A stretch of DNA of 64,000 nucleotides from an uncultured Chloroflexia bacterium (GCA_963819655.1 CAWFXA010000001.1:544001-608000), one strand, 5' to 3'; positions 46,050-56,459 are shown, numbered from the stretch's first letter. Notes: generated by a model not told the origin, from the letters alone. Made by a program: numbers and translations.

Positions 46050-46880
46050 ATGACCGCGGATGACGTAGCCGTCGCGCCGTTGGATCGGCAGGCGGCCGCC
46101 ATGAACGAGAGCCCGGTATATGAGCTTTTCATCGGGCTCATGACCATCATCTCGCTCATCATCGTGTTCTTTCATGTCATCGTCCGCGTTCCACAGGTCG
46201 ACGCCATCCTGACCTCGACGGACACCCTGGTCTGCTTCCTATTCCTGTTCGACTTCGCGCGGTCGTACCGGCGCGCGCCCGACAAGCGTGTCTACATGTT
46301 CGGCGAGCAACCTGGGAGGACATTGCCCCGCGGGCTGTTCGACCTGCTCGGGAGCATCCCGAGCGCTGAGATCTTCCGGGTGCTCCGGATCTTCCGAGTC
46401 GCGCGATTGACGCGGCTGGTGCGAGCCAGCGGGTCACGCGGTCTGGCGGCAGAGTTCTTCAAGCGTCGCGCCGAATCGGCCGTGTACGTGATCACCCTGA
46501 TGTCGTTCGTGGTCCTCCTCGTGGGCAGCATCCTGATCGCGTACGTCGAGCCGCCGGCACAAGGCTCGAACATCAAGACCGGGGGCGACGCGTTCTGGTG
46601 GGCGTTTGTCACCATCACCACAGTCGGGTACGGAGACCGATTCCCGGTGACCGAGGCCGGCCGGATCGTCGGGATGTTCACCATGGCGGTGGGGATCGGT
46701 ATCTTCGGTGTCCTCACGAGCTACCTCTCGACGGTGTTCCTCGCTCGGCCGGAGGACGATCCGGCCGCGACCACGCCGGCGCCCAAACCGGCGCCGGACC
46801 CGATCCAGGCCGAGCTGGCCGCATTGCGGGCCGAAATGGCCGGCCTGCGCCGAGTGCTGGAGGTACAGGAGAGTGGCTGA
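46050..46880 (+). CDS. Voltage-gated-type potassium channel
   Basis: S4-like RVLRIFRVARLTR; selectivity filter TTVGYGD; C-terminal coiled coil. Confidence 0.92.
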   Translation: MTADDVAVAPLDRQAAAMNESPVYELFIGLMTIISLIIVFFHVIVRVPQVDAILTSTDTLVCFLFLFDFARSYRRAPDKRVYMFGEQPGRTLPRGLFDLLGSIPSAEIFRVLRIFRVARLTRLVRASGSRGLAAEFFKRRAESAVYVITLMSFVVLLVGSILIAYVEPPAQGSNIKTGGDAFWWAFVTITTVGYGDRFPVTEAGRIVGMFTMAVGIGIFGVLTSYLSTVFLARPEDDPAATTPAPKPAPDPIQAELAALRAEMAGLRRVLEVQESG

Positions 46881-49137
46881 TCTCGGGTTCGGCGCCGTCT
46901 CGACCGAGGACCCCCTGGTCCCCGGATGGCTGGAGCGCCTTGCCGCGGTCGGCTGGCGTGTCCTGGTCACGCTCGCTCTCGGTGTGGTCCTGTTCGGGAT
47001 CGCCGGGCAGTTGGCCACGGTCGTCGCGTCGATCATCGTTGCGCTGATCCTTGCCGCCACGCTCGCCCCATACGTCGCGGAGCGCCGCGCACGGGGTTGG
47101 GGTCGCAGCAAGGCGGCCGGGGTGGTCTCCCTGATGGCGGTCCTGGTGCTCGGCACCGCCATCGCCGCGATCGTCATCGCGGTGGTCCCGTCCCTGAGCG
47201 CGATCGTGACCGCGTTCGACGTTGGGGTCGGCAACGCCCGGGCAGAGTTGGCGTCGATCGGCCTCCCGGCCGAAGTCGCGGACATCCTCCAGCGCATCTC
47301 GGACGCCATTCGCGGGCTCGCCCTGGACGGACTCGCCGACATCGTCGGCGCCGCAGCAAACGTCGTGACGATCGCGATCCTGGGCGGATTCCTGACGTTC
47401 TTTCTGTTGCTCGACGGGGACAAGGCATGGGACTGGGTGTTGGCGGCGACCGACGGTTGGCGCCGCGAGGCACTGATGACCGGTGGCCGACGCGCGGTCG
47501 ATCAGGTCGGTGGGTACATCCGGGGCACATCGCTGATGGCGGCCGCCACAGCCGTCCTGGCCGGCGTCGTCATGTGGCTCTTGGGGGTCCCACTCGCCGG
47601 GCCATTGGCCGTGGTCGTCCTGCTCGGCGCGTTCGTGCCGTATGTCGGGCGTGCCTTGACGGCATTGGTCATCGTCGCCGTCTGCTGGGCGACGCGCGGA
47701 GCCGCGCCCGCGTTCGTCCTGCTCGCCGTCTTCGTGATCGGCTCGATCGTACTCGAGCGCACCCTGGCTCGGCTCACGTCAGGACGGCGTCTCGAACTCC
47801 ACCCGATCCTCGCGGTCATCGGACTGCCGTTGGGCCTGGCGGCAGGTGGGTTCGGTGGCCTCGTGGTCATCCTGCCGGTGCTCGCCTTCGCGCAGACGGC
47901 GGCCGGCGTCCTCATCACGGCCCTGGGCCGCGAACCGGTCAAGCCGGGTGCGACCACGGCGGGCGCGATCGAGGCGACGGCGACGGAGGCGACTCCGACC
48001 CCGGCCGACTCGGCGACTCCCGCGACCCCGGCAACATCGAGATCTTCGATGAGTTCGGGCCTTGTCCCGGTCTGGCTGGATCGCCTGGGTCAATGGAGCT
48101 GGCGTTCCTTGATCGTCGCGGCGATGTTCCTCGTCGTCGCCCAGGTCGCTCTCCAGTTCCCCGGCGTGATCATGCCGGTGGTCATCGCGGTCATCCTGGC
48201 GGCGACGCTCGCCCCGGCGGCCGCGGCACTGGAGCGACGCGGCGTGAACCGGGGCACGGCCGCGATGGCCGTGACCGTCGGGACGAGCGCCGCGATCATC
48301 GCCGTGGTGATCATCACGCTCGCATCCCTCGTCGGACCGATGTCGCAGGTGGTCTCCAGCGCCACCCAGGGAGCGGAGGCGTCCGGCGCCCAGGCGGTCG
48401 GGATCGGGTCGTTCGTGGCGGCCATCGGCGACGGCTTGCTCGCGACGGTCACGGGTGCCGCGGCGAATGTCATCGGGATCGTCGTCGTGTTGCTGCTCGG
48501 CGGGTTCCTCACGTTCTACTTCATCCGGGACGGCGGGCGCGTGTGGCACGAGCTCACGCGCGGTGTACCGGCCGACCGCCGCGGACTGCTCGACGCCGCG
48601 GGCACACGCGCCGTCGACGTGCTCGGCGGGTACATGCTCGGGACGGCGGCGATCTCGGCCTTCGGAGCAGCCAGTCAGTGGGTGATCATGGTGCTCCTGG
48701 GGCTTCCGCTCGCGCTCCCCCTGGCGATCCTCGCGCTCTTCGCCGGGTTCGTCCCGTACGTTGGCGGGTTCATCGCGACCGGCCTGGCGTTCCTCGTAGC
48801 GGTTGCCGTCGGCGATCAGACGGACATCGTCGTGATGTTCATCTACACGATCGTCTTCAACATCGTCCAGGGCAACTTCGTCACCCCGCTCGTGTACGGC
48901 AAGGCCGTGAGCCTCCACCCGGCGATCGTCCTTCTCGCCGTGCCGATCGGGAATGCCCTGGCGGGGATCGTCGGCATGTTCCTCGTGGTGCCGGTGGCCG
49001 GCGTCATCGCGACGACGTGGCGAGCGGTGCTGCAGGTCATCGATGCGGGCGACCTCGTGAAGCCGGAGCCGCTCAGCAGCACGGCACCGAGCGAGGAGAC
49101 CGGCCCGATCGTGCCTGACGCGGTGGTGGGAGGGTAG
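46873..49137 (+). CDS. Tandem double AI-2E (PerM) family transporter
   Basis: Two homologous halves (VPxWLxRL..W; FLTF..DG..W; FVPYVG; LHP) joined by a Pro/Thr linker. Confidence 0.85.
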   Translation: MADLGFGAVSTEDPLVPGWLERLAAVGWRVLVTLALGVVLFGIAGQLATVVASIIVALILAATLAPYVAERRARGWGRSKAAGVVSLMAVLVLGTAIAAIVIAVVPSLSAIVTAFDVGVGNARAELASIGLPAEVADILQRISDAIRGLALDGLADIVGAAANVVTIAILGGFLTFFLLLDGDKAWDWVLAATDGWRREALMTGGRRAVDQVGGYIRGTSLMAAATAVLAGVVMWLLGVPLAGPLAVVVLLGAFVPYVGRALTALVIVAVCWATRGAAPAFVLLAVFVIGSIVLERTLARLTSGRRLELHPILAVIGLPLGLAAGGFGGLVVILPVLAFAQTAAGVLITALGREPVKPGATTAGAIEATATEATPTPADSATPATPATSRSSMSSGLVPVWLDRLGQWSWRSLIVAAMFLVVAQVALQFPGVIMPVVIAVILAATLAPAAAALERRGVNRGTAAMAVTVGTSAAIIAVVIITLASLVGPMSQVVSSATQGAEASGAQAVGIGSFVAAIGDGLLATVTGAAANVIGIVVVLLLGGFLTFYFIRDGGRVWHELTRGVPADRRGLLDAAGTRAVDVLGGYMLGTAAISAFGAASQWVIMVLLGLPLALPLAILALFAGFVPYVGGFIATGLAFLVAVAVGDQTDIVVMFIYTIVFNIVQGNFVTPLVYGKAVSLHPAIVLLAVPIGNALAGIVGMFLVVPVAGVIATTWRAVLQVIDAGDLVKPEPLSSTAPSEETGPIVPDAVVGG

Positions 49138-49139
49138 CG

Positions 49140-50282
49140 ATGGATACAGGCCACCCCGAACGGAGACCGCTGGCCCGCGTGATCTCGCCGCGCGAGATGC
49201 GGCTGCTGTTCTGGCTGGTCGTGATCGCGCTCGTCGGAGTCATCGGCGTTCTTGGCTCCGGGATCGCAGATACGCTGTCGGGCCCGGCCGTCATCCTGTT
49301 CGTGGCCTGGCTGATGGCCTACGTCCTCGAGCCGGCGGTCACATGGTTGGCCCGCCATATGCCGTTCCACTCGCGCGGCCTCGGGGTCGCGGTGACGTAC
49401 CTCCTGACGGTCATCGTGACCTTCGCCGTCCTGCTCGGTGCCGGTGCCGCCCTCCTGAGCGCGGCGGTCACGTTCGTGGAGCAGCTGCCCGCGATCAAGG
49501 CCCGGGTCTCCGAGCTGGTCCAGCCGCTCGCTGCGTCAATGGGGCTGAGCCCACCAGGGCCCGTGGATCTGGCCGACGCCGTCGCGGGCGAGGTGGTCGC
49601 GAACGGGGAGGCCATCGGCGATGCGGTGAGCGCCTCGTTGCAGAACATCGTGGCCGTGGTTGCTGGATTGTTCACGGCGGTGGTCATCTCCGTCGGCATG
49701 GCCGCCGGTGAGGTGACGCTGCTCGGCTGGCTTCGTCGTTTCCTGCCCGAGCGGTCCTACGCCGACATCGCCGCCCTCGAGCGGGCGATCGCCTTGTCGT
49801 TCGGTGGGTTCATCCGCGGCCGGGGCCTGATCGGGCTGATCTTCGGTGTCCTGATCTCGGTCGCGGCGGTCGCCCTCGGCGTCCCGTTCGCGCCGCTCAT
49901 CGCGGTCATCGCGGGGCTCATCCAGTTCATCCCGTTCGTCGGCCCGCTGCTGGGCTGGGCCGTCCTGCCGGGCTTTGCCCTCGTCCTGGAACCGACCGTC
50001 GCAGGCCCAGCCCTGGTCGTCAGCCTGCTGATCGCCGGCATCCTTCAGGCGATCGTCACCCGGATGGTGATGGGCCGGGCGGTCAAGATCAGCGCCGCGG
50101 CAGTCCTGGCCGTCGTGATGCTCGGGACGGCGATCGCCGGCGTCATGGGCGCCATCTTCGCGATCCCGACCGCCGGGGCGATCCTGGCCATCAGCGACTA
50201 CCTGCGCAAGCGCGACGTCCTGTTGCGACCCCAGGACGAAGATCTGACGCTGACCGATCCCGAGGCCGTCACGCCGGCCTGA
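49140..50282 (+). CDS. AI-2E family transporter
   Basis: AYVLEPAV, FIPFVGP, GAIFAIP. Confidence 0.85.
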   Translation: MDTGHPERRPLARVISPREMRLLFWLVVIALVGVIGVLGSGIADTLSGPAVILFVAWLMAYVLEPAVTWLARHMPFHSRGLGVAVTYLLTVIVTFAVLLGAGAALLSAAVTFVEQLPAIKARVSELVQPLAASMGLSPPGPVDLADAVAGEVVANGEAIGDAVSASLQNIVAVVAGLFTAVVISVGMAAGEVTLLGWLRRFLPERSYADIAALERAIALSFGGFIRGRGLIGLIFGVLISVAAVALGVPFAPLIAVIAGLIQFIPFVGPLLGWAVLPGFALVLEPTVAGPALVVSLLIAGILQAIVTRMVMGRAVKISAAAVLAVVMLGTAIAGVMGAIFAIPTAGAILAISDYLRKRDVLLRPQDEDLTLTDPEAVTPA

Positions 50283-50334
50283 CGATGCAGCGGAACCCGA
50301 TGTGGCCCGTTGCTCGTTGGCTGTCCCAGGTCGG

Positions 50335-51531
50335 CTATGTGGACGTGCGCCGCCGAGGCGAGCTCGTCGGCGCTTTGGGTGACGGTGCCCCAGGCGGCGC
50401 GTCCGTGAGCGTGTGCATGATCAGCGCGTCCGCGACATCGGCGTTGGAGCCCACCTGCACCATGGCCCTGGTATTGGCGGCCAGCGAGCGAGCGACCTCG
50501 ATCCGCTCCTCCTCGAGGTCTCGGCGTGCGGCGTTCGGGAATGCGGCCAGCCTCGACTCGAGATGCTGGAGGCGGAGCGCCTCATTGGCCGCCTCGAGCT
50601 CGATCCGTTCGCGCTGGTGGGCAACGCGCTGGCGTTCGAGCGACTCCCGGTCTGCCAGCAGTCGCTCCTCGAGCGCATGCTGCTCGGTCTGCTCGTCGCG
50701 CCGCACCGACGCGAGCCGGCGCGATTCGCGCGAAGCCATGTACTCGAGCGGCGGCTGGACGCGGATGATCACGACACGTCTGACCTCGACGCCATAGGGC
50801 GCAAGCGAGGCCTCGATCGCAGTCTGCAGGGCCGACGTGTCCGCGGACGACAGGTCGAGGATCTCGTCCGAGCGCTTCGCCCGGACGAGCGTCCTGATGG
50901 CATCGAGAGCGGACGCCTGGCAGACCTGGTCGAAGTCGGGTGCGGAGATCGCGAACACGAAGCGCTCCGGGGCCGTGATGCTGAAGGTGAGGAGCATGTC
51001 GAGATCGACCCGCACATCGTCGCGGGTCGACAACGCCGATCCAGGTGTATCGAACGGGATCTCGCGCGTCGTGACCACGTGCGACACGACGATCCAGGGC
51101 GGGACGATATGCCGCCCCGCACCGAGCGTCCGGTGGTAGCGACCGCTCTTGAGCAGCAATGCGCGCGCTCCCTCGGGGACCGGCACGATGAACGACTGGA
51201 AGACGCCCAGGAAGATGGCGACAGCGCCGACGCCGAGGAGCCCACCCCGGACGGCGACGTCGACTTCGAAGAGCAGCGCGAGCACGATGGCGATGGCGCC
51301 GGCGATGACGAACGCATTCCGGATGCGGAAGGGCTGCTTGGGCAGGACCACGATCGGGAGGCGACCGGACGGATCGGGCACGGTCAAGGCCTCGCCGGCC
51401 TCTTCGAGGGGGACGCGTGCCTGAGTCAGCTGGACCGGGACGGGCTGCGGCACGGCCGGTTCTCCGGGCGCGGCGGCCGTGGCTGGAGACGGCGCCGTCG
51501 ATGCGCCCTGAAGGGTCGGATCGTCTGCCAT
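50335..51531 (-). CDS. SPFH/band-7 membrane scaffold protein
   Basis: Two TM helices, VPEG, TRDDVRVD, YGVEV, coiled-coil C-terminus. Confidence 0.82.
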   Translation of the reverse strand: MADDPTLQGASTAPSPATAAAPGEPAVPQPVPVQLTQARVPLEEAGEALTVPDPSGRLPIVVLPKQPFRIRNAFVIAGAIAIVLALLFEVDVAVRGGLLGVGAVAIFLGVFQSFIVPVPEGARALLLKSGRYHRTLGAGRHIVPPWIVVSHVVTTREIPFDTPGSALSTRDDVRVDLDMLLTFSITAPERFVFAISAPDFDQVCQASALDAIRTLVRAKRSDEILDLSSADTSALQTAIEASLAPYGVEVRRVVIIRVQPPLEYMASRESRRLASVRRDEQTEQHALEERLLADRESLERQRVAHQRERIELEAANEALRLQHLESRLAAFPNAARRDLEEERIEVARSLAANTRAMVQVGSNADVADALIMHTLTDAPPGAPSPKAPTSSPRRRTST

Positions 51532-51544
51532 CGTGCTCAGGACC

Positions 51545-52840
51545 TCATGGGGCGGGGCTGGCGGGGCGGCTCGCGGTCCGTCCGGCGGCCACTGGTACCC
51601 GACGCCGCTGGCGATAGACCGCTGGGACGACCGCGGTCACGGTGGCCGTCGTTCGAGCCGGCAGCGGTTCACCGGGGAGCAACCCGGCCGGCCGTGCCGG
51701 TTCGGAAAGCCGACCGTGCAGGTATCGGACCAGGTCGCTCGCGAAGGCGAGGATGGGGGCCGACAACAGCAGCCAGATGATTCCGAGCTGGCTGAGCGCG
51801 ACGATCCCCGGGATCAGGACGATCGGATGCACCCCGAGCCGTCTCCCGCTGATCCGCGACCCGATGACGTTGCCGCTCAGCCAGCGGGCGCCGAGGTACA
51901 CGGCCAGGTAGACGCCGGCTCGCTCGGGATCGATCAGGAGCAGGATCGGTACCGGGATCAGTCCTAGGAACCATCCGAGCTCGGGGATGAGCTGCAGGGA
52001 ACCAGCGAGGACCGAGAGCGCGAGTGCCCCGGGAAACTCCGGTCCCCCAAGCCGCGCCGAAAGGGTCAGGCCGATGAACACCAGCAGACCGACGAGGAAG
52101 CCGACCACGACAAACCCGCGCAGGTACGTCCCCGCGGCCCGGTCCAGCATACGAACTATCGCCCAGAAGTCGGGCCGAAGCCAGCCCGCGACGCGCCGAT
52201 CGACGGCAGCCGCCCCTCGACGCTTGCTCGAGAGGACGCTCAGCACCCAGACGGGCAGGACCACGAGCCCGAGCGCCGCGCCGGCGACCCCGAGCGCCGC
52301 GTTGACGACGGCCGGGCCGAGGTCGCCCAGACCGCCGGACGCGCCGGCGAGTGCGTCCTTCACGGTCACGGCGACGGCGACGACGATGGGGCCCACGAGC
52401 TCCCTGGCTGAGTCCGGGACCTGGGCCAGCGCCCCTGCGATGAGGCGATCGATCTCGGTCGTGCTCGGGACGACCCCAGCCAGATCGACGACCGCCGCGG
52501 CCAGCGGCGGCACCACGATGACGAAGACGCCGACGACGATCGCCAGGACGGTCAGGATCGCGACCGTCGCCGCGAGGGCCCGCGGCATGAACCGGTCCAG
52601 AGTGTCGACGACGGGCAGGGCCGTGTAGGCGATGAGGCCACCGAGTGCGAAGGGCAGGAGAGCCGGCCACGTGCCCCCGACCACGGTGATCGACGCCGCG
52701 ACGACTGCGGTCGCCAGGAGGGCACGCCCTAGTGCGGCAGGGGTGACGGTGGCGAGTCGGCCACCCAGATCGGCCCAGGCTGCGTGGGCCCGCGTCCGGG
52801 CGGCTTTGCGATCGATCAGGGGTCGGGGAGCATCGGCCAT
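51545..52840 (-). CDS. AI-2E family transporter
   Basis: PFALGGLIAY..PVV, YLRG, LIPELG, VHP. Confidence 0.82.
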   Translation of the reverse strand: MADAPRPLIDRKAARTRAHAAWADLGGRLATVTPAALGRALLATAVVAASITVVGGTWPALLPFALGGLIAYTALPVVDTLDRFMPRALAATVAILTVLAIVVGVFVIVVPPLAAAVVDLAGVVPSTTEIDRLIAGALAQVPDSARELVGPIVVAVAVTVKDALAGASGGLGDLGPAVVNAALGVAGAALGLVVLPVWVLSVLSSKRRGAAAVDRRVAGWLRPDFWAIVRMLDRAAGTYLRGFVVVGFLVGLLVFIGLTLSARLGGPEFPGALALSVLAGSLQLIPELGWFLGLIPVPILLLIDPERAGVYLAVYLGARWLSGNVIGSRISGRRLGVHPIVLIPGIVALSQLGIIWLLLSAPILAFASDLVRYLHGRLSEPARPAGLLPGEPLPARTTATVTAVVPAVYRQRRRVPVAAGRTASRPASPAP

Positions 52841-52919
52841 GCGACGGTCCCCCGTGCTCGCCCGATCGATGACCGGCGGTCAGCCAGCCATCGATCTGGG
52901 CCTCGTCGATGTGTCGCTG

Positions 52920-53390
52920 CTACGACGACATCGCCTTTTGCTTGAGCGTTTCGAACTCGGCGTCGCTGATCGCACCGGCTGCCTTGAGCTCCTGGAGCTT
53001 GGCGATCTGATCCGCGACCGAGACTGACGCGGCAGCCTTCTGACCGGCTTCCACCCGGGTCATGATCTCGACATCCTGGGCGGTGACCTTCGGGCGCATC
53101 GCGATGTAGATCAAGGCGCCAAGGAAGGGCAGCAAGACCAGGACGAGCAGCCAGCCGGCCTTTGCCCCGCCCGAGAGATCGTTGCGACGGAAGATGTCTC
53201 CGAAGAGGCCGATGAAGATCCAGATGAACATGAACCAGAAGAAGAACGCGATCAGCGAGTAGATCGCGTCCCAGAACGTGAAGCTGGACGTCCCGACCGA
53301 GCTACACGCGGCAAGCAGGACGGTCATGGCGGCAAGCAACGGCACGACGGGCCGCCCGATGATCTGCCTGGCCCTGGAGAGGGTGGTCAT
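52920..53390 (-). CDS. PLDc_N-like membrane domain + SHOCT protein, with lipobox-like LLAAC
   Basis: DIFRRNDLSGGAKAGW..LPFLGALIY; QIAKLQELKAAGAISDAEFETLK. Confidence 0.82.
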   Translation of the reverse strand: MTTLSRARQIIGRPVVPLLAAMTVLLAACSSVGTSSFTFWDAIYSLIAFFFWFMFIWIFIGLFGDIFRRNDLSGGAKAGWLLVLVLLPFLGALIYIAMRPKVTAQDVEIMTRVEAGQKAAASVSVADQIAKLQELKAAGAISDAEFETLKQKAMSS

Positions 53391-53489
53391 CCGGTCCTCC
53401 TGATCAAATGCCCGGCTCATTGGCCGGCCTCGGCGCGGACGATGGCCGCCTCGCGACGACGATACTCCTATGGCAGCGGCGCGCGCACC

Positions 53490-53506
53490 TCACACCAAGC
53501 GGGTGA
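53490..53506. promoter_or_regulatory. Palindromic box 9, TCACACCAAGCGGGTGA
   Basis: About 100 bp upstream of the SHOCT gene. Confidence 0.65.
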
Positions 53507-53559
53507 AAGGGGATTTCGGGAGGCAGGGATCACTCCGCGGAGCGAGCCTCGTGTCACGG

Positions 53560-53853
53560 TCACACGGAGCGCCAGCCGCTCCGATAGCGCTGGTCTGTTG
53601 CAACGGCGGCCGTGTGCGAGATGTCGATGATCAACGCGATGCCGACCCAGATCCAGTCGGACCCGGCCAGACCGACGCCTGGGGTGTACACGAGCACATA
53701 CATGAGGGTCGTGAACGGCAGGAAGAGGATGCCCAGCAAAGGGATGATCGGCCCGCCGAATGCGGCATCGAACTGGACCGGTCGAGCCAACCAGAACAGG
53801 AAGATGACGAAGCGTGGCGAAAGCGCGGCCAACAAGGCCAACAGGCAGCCCAT
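53560..53853 (-). CDS. Small membrane protein
   Basis: Three hydrophobic segments, LFLPFTTL; GGAGG RBS. Confidence 0.75.
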   Translation of the reverse strand: MGCLLALLAALSPRFVIFLFWLARPVQFDAAFGGPIIPLLGILFLPFTTLMYVLVYTPGVGLAGSDWIWVGIALIIDISHTAAVATDQRYRSGWRSV

Positions 53854-53947
53854 CGTTCGGATCCCTCCCTATGTGTGCGATCCCACCCGACCGCGCGTGG
53901 CGGGGAGCGGGTCAATGCGATTCCATGGTCAGCGGGCTCGGGCGACA

Positions 53948-53964
53948 TCATCCGGTCTGGGTGA
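53948..53964. promoter_or_regulatory. Palindromic box 10, TCATCCGGTCTGGGTGA
   Basis: TGGAAT 22 nt downstream on the minus strand. Confidence 0.75.
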
Positions 53965-53976
53965 ATGGGCAGGCGC

Positions 53977-56325
53977 TCACTGGCGAGCCAGTGCCACGCG
54001 GATCTCGGCCTCATGGTCGACCACGTGCTCCCCGGAGACGTCGTAGACGACCCTGTCGATGGTCCCGTTGAATGCGAAGGGTGCGGGATAGGCGTCGGTC
54101 ACTGGGGCGCCGCCATCCAGCCCGATGCTGATGCCGGAGGCGAGGCCCATCGTCAACGGGATCGTGACTGGCAGCTCGCCTGATCCGATCTGTTTTCCAT
54201 CGACGAACAGCAGCGCCTTGCCCGGGGCGCCCTTGCCCTTGAGTGGTTCTGGTTTGCCGGTGGGCTGGAACTCGAAGCTCAGGGCGTGGTTGCCGGTCGG
54301 GACATCGCTATCGCTCTCGATGTGGAAGACCTGGTCTGCGACGTAGTTGTATGTGTACCGCAGCTTGCCGTCCTTGATGTAGAGCGAGAAGCCGCCGTCC
54401 ACGCCGCCCTGGCTGACGAGCACCCCCTGTGCGCCGTCCGGCAGGTTGGCGAGGACAGTGATCGTGTGCGGCCGGTTGAGCAAACGCGGTGCTGCCGCGG
54501 CCGGGACCTCCTGCGTTCCCGGGTAGTAGCGATACCGACTGCGCTCCTTGGCGATCGTCGGCCGCTCCTCGGCGAACCGCTGCTGCCCCCGCCCGTCCAC
54601 CGGCAACACGTTGTACTTGCCGGCTTCGACGTACCACAGGGCGATCATCTCGATGAGCTTGGATCGATTCTCCTTGGCGAGATCGTGGTTCTCCGCGAAA
54701 TCCTCGGCCACGTGGTAAAGCTCCCATCCCGTGGCGTCGAGCTCGGTCAGGGTCTCGGCCGGCAGCGGCGTTCCGAATGGGAGACCTTCCGCGAACGACG
54801 TACCAGGCCACGGGCAGACCGCCCGCCAGCCGTCGTGGTAGATGGACCGGTGGCCGATCATCTCGAAGTACTGGACGATGTGCTTCGAGGGCGCCTTGGC
54901 GTCGTCGAACGTGTCGGCCATGCTGACGCCCTCGATCGGCGACTGGCTCACCCCGCGGATGGAGGCCGGTGGCTCGATGCCGAGGGCGTCGAGGACGGTC
55001 GGCACCATGTCGATGGCGTGGGCGTACTGCTCGCGGATCTCGCCGCGGGCCTCGATGCCATCGGGCCACGACACGATGAACGGATCGCTGATCCCGCCAC
55101 GGTAGGTCTCGCGCTTCCAACGCCGGAACGGGGTGTTGCCCGCGAAGGTCCAGCCCCACGGATAGTGGTTGAAAAACCTCGGACCTCCGATGTCGTCGAT
55201 CGCGGCGAGGTTTTGCTCAAGTGAATCCTGGACGAAGTTGAAGAACTTGTTCTCGTTGACCGACCCCGCCGGTCCGCCCTCGGACGACGCGCCGTTGTCC
55301 GAGATCAGCATCACGAGGGTGTTGTCGAGCTCGCCAAGGTCCTTGATGAACGCGAGCAACCGGCCGATGTGATGGTCGGCATGCTCGAGAAAGCCCGCGA
55401 AGACCTCCATCATCCGGGCGTACAGCCGGCGCTCGTCCGGTGATAGGGAATCCCAGTCCTGGACGTCCGGGTCGTGGCGGGACAGCTCGGCATCCTTGGG
55501 GACGAGTCCGAGCTCCTTCTGGCGCGCGAAGGTCCGCTCCCGATAGGCGTCCCATCCATCGTCGAAGACGCCCTTGTACTTGTCTGCCCACTCCCTCGGG
55601 ACGTGGTGCGGGGCGTGCTGCGCCCCGGTCGCGAAGTACATGAAGAACGGCTTGTCCGGGGCCACCTGCTTGCCGTCGGCGATGAAGGAGATCGCCTTGT
55701 CGACCAGGTCCTCGGTGAGGTGGTAGCCCTCCTCCGGCGACTTCTCCGGCTCGACCCGATGGTTGTCGTATGTCAGTTCCGGGTAGTACTGGTGCGTATC
55801 GCCGCCGAGGAAGCCGTAATAGCGCTCGAAGCCGCGGCCGAGTGGCCATCGGGTGTACGGCCCGGCGGCCGTGACCTGGTCCGCCGGGGTCAGGTGCCAT
55901 TTCCCGATGGCGTACGTGTTGTAGCCCTCACCGCCAAGGATCTCGGACAGGAAGCCGTTCTCCATCGGGATGTAGCCGTCGTATCCAGGGAAGCCGGTGG
56001 ACACCTCGGTGATCGCGGCCATGTGGTTCGAATGGTGGTTTCGACCGGTGAGAATGCACGACCGGCTTGGCGAGCAGAGGGCGGTCGTGTGCATGTTCTG
56101 GTAGCGCACGCCATCGGCTGCGAGAGCGTCGATGTTCGGTGTGTTGATGGGGCTGCCGTAGCAGCCGAGCTGCCCATAGCCGGTGTCGTCGATGACGATG
56201 AACAGGACGTTCGGGGTACCCTCGCTCGCGCGCTGCGGTTCGGGCCAGGCCTGCGTCGACTGATCGAACGTCCGCCCGACGACACCCGGAAATGCGGTCC
56301 CGGGTCGGTATTCCTTGAGCGGCAT
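53977..56325 (-). CDS. Arylsulfatase (Cys-type), second paralog
   Basis: PNVLFIVIDD, LCSPSRSCILTGR, GKWH, SDNG; GGAGGG RBS. Confidence 0.93.
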   Translation of the reverse strand: MPLKEYRPGTAFPGVVGRTFDQSTQAWPEPQRASEGTPNVLFIVIDDTGYGQLGCYGSPINTPNIDALAADGVRYQNMHTTALCSPSRSCILTGRNHHSNHMAAITEVSTGFPGYDGYIPMENGFLSEILGGEGYNTYAIGKWHLTPADQVTAAGPYTRWPLGRGFERYYGFLGGDTHQYYPELTYDNHRVEPEKSPEEGYHLTEDLVDKAISFIADGKQVAPDKPFFMYFATGAQHAPHHVPREWADKYKGVFDDGWDAYRERTFARQKELGLVPKDAELSRHDPDVQDWDSLSPDERRLYARMMEVFAGFLEHADHHIGRLLAFIKDLGELDNTLVMLISDNGASSEGGPAGSVNENKFFNFVQDSLEQNLAAIDDIGGPRFFNHYPWGWTFAGNTPFRRWKRETYRGGISDPFIVSWPDGIEARGEIREQYAHAIDMVPTVLDALGIEPPASIRGVSQSPIEGVSMADTFDDAKAPSKHIVQYFEMIGHRSIYHDGWRAVCPWPGTSFAEGLPFGTPLPAETLTELDATGWELYHVAEDFAENHDLAKENRSKLIEMIALWYVEAGKYNVLPVDGRGQQRFAEERPTIAKERSRYRYYPGTQEVPAAAAPRLLNRPHTITVLANLPDGAQGVLVSQGGVDGGFSLYIKDGKLRYTYNYVADQVFHIESDSDVPTGNHALSFEFQPTGKPEPLKGKGAPGKALLFVDGKQIGSGELPVTIPLTMGLASGISIGLDGGAPVTDAYPAPFAFNGTIDRVVYDVSGEHVVDHEAEIRVALARQ

Positions 56326-56427
56326 GGCGCGTATCCCTCCGGCGTGTCCGTGCACGTTGGCGCAAGCCACGAGCGGTTCAGGCGAGTCGTGTCACCCGAA
56401 TTCCAACCCTCTCGGAGGCGTACCACA

Positions 56428-56444
56428 TCATCCGGTGGGGGTGA
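56428..56444. promoter_or_regulatory. Palindromic box 11, TCATCCGGTGGGGGTGA
   Basis: TGGAAT 22 nt downstream; nearly identical context to box 10. Confidence 0.75.
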
Positions 56445-56459
56445 ATGGACGCGCGAGGG

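Noticed and set aside
46873-52840. AI-2 quorum-sensing system
   Set aside because: The family name does not establish the substrate, and there are no luxS or lsr genes in the window.
56393-56409. Extra half-site TCACCCG next to box 11; also weak matches near 62804 and 63343
   Set aside because: The second half of the palindrome is missing or the spacing is wrong, so these were not counted.
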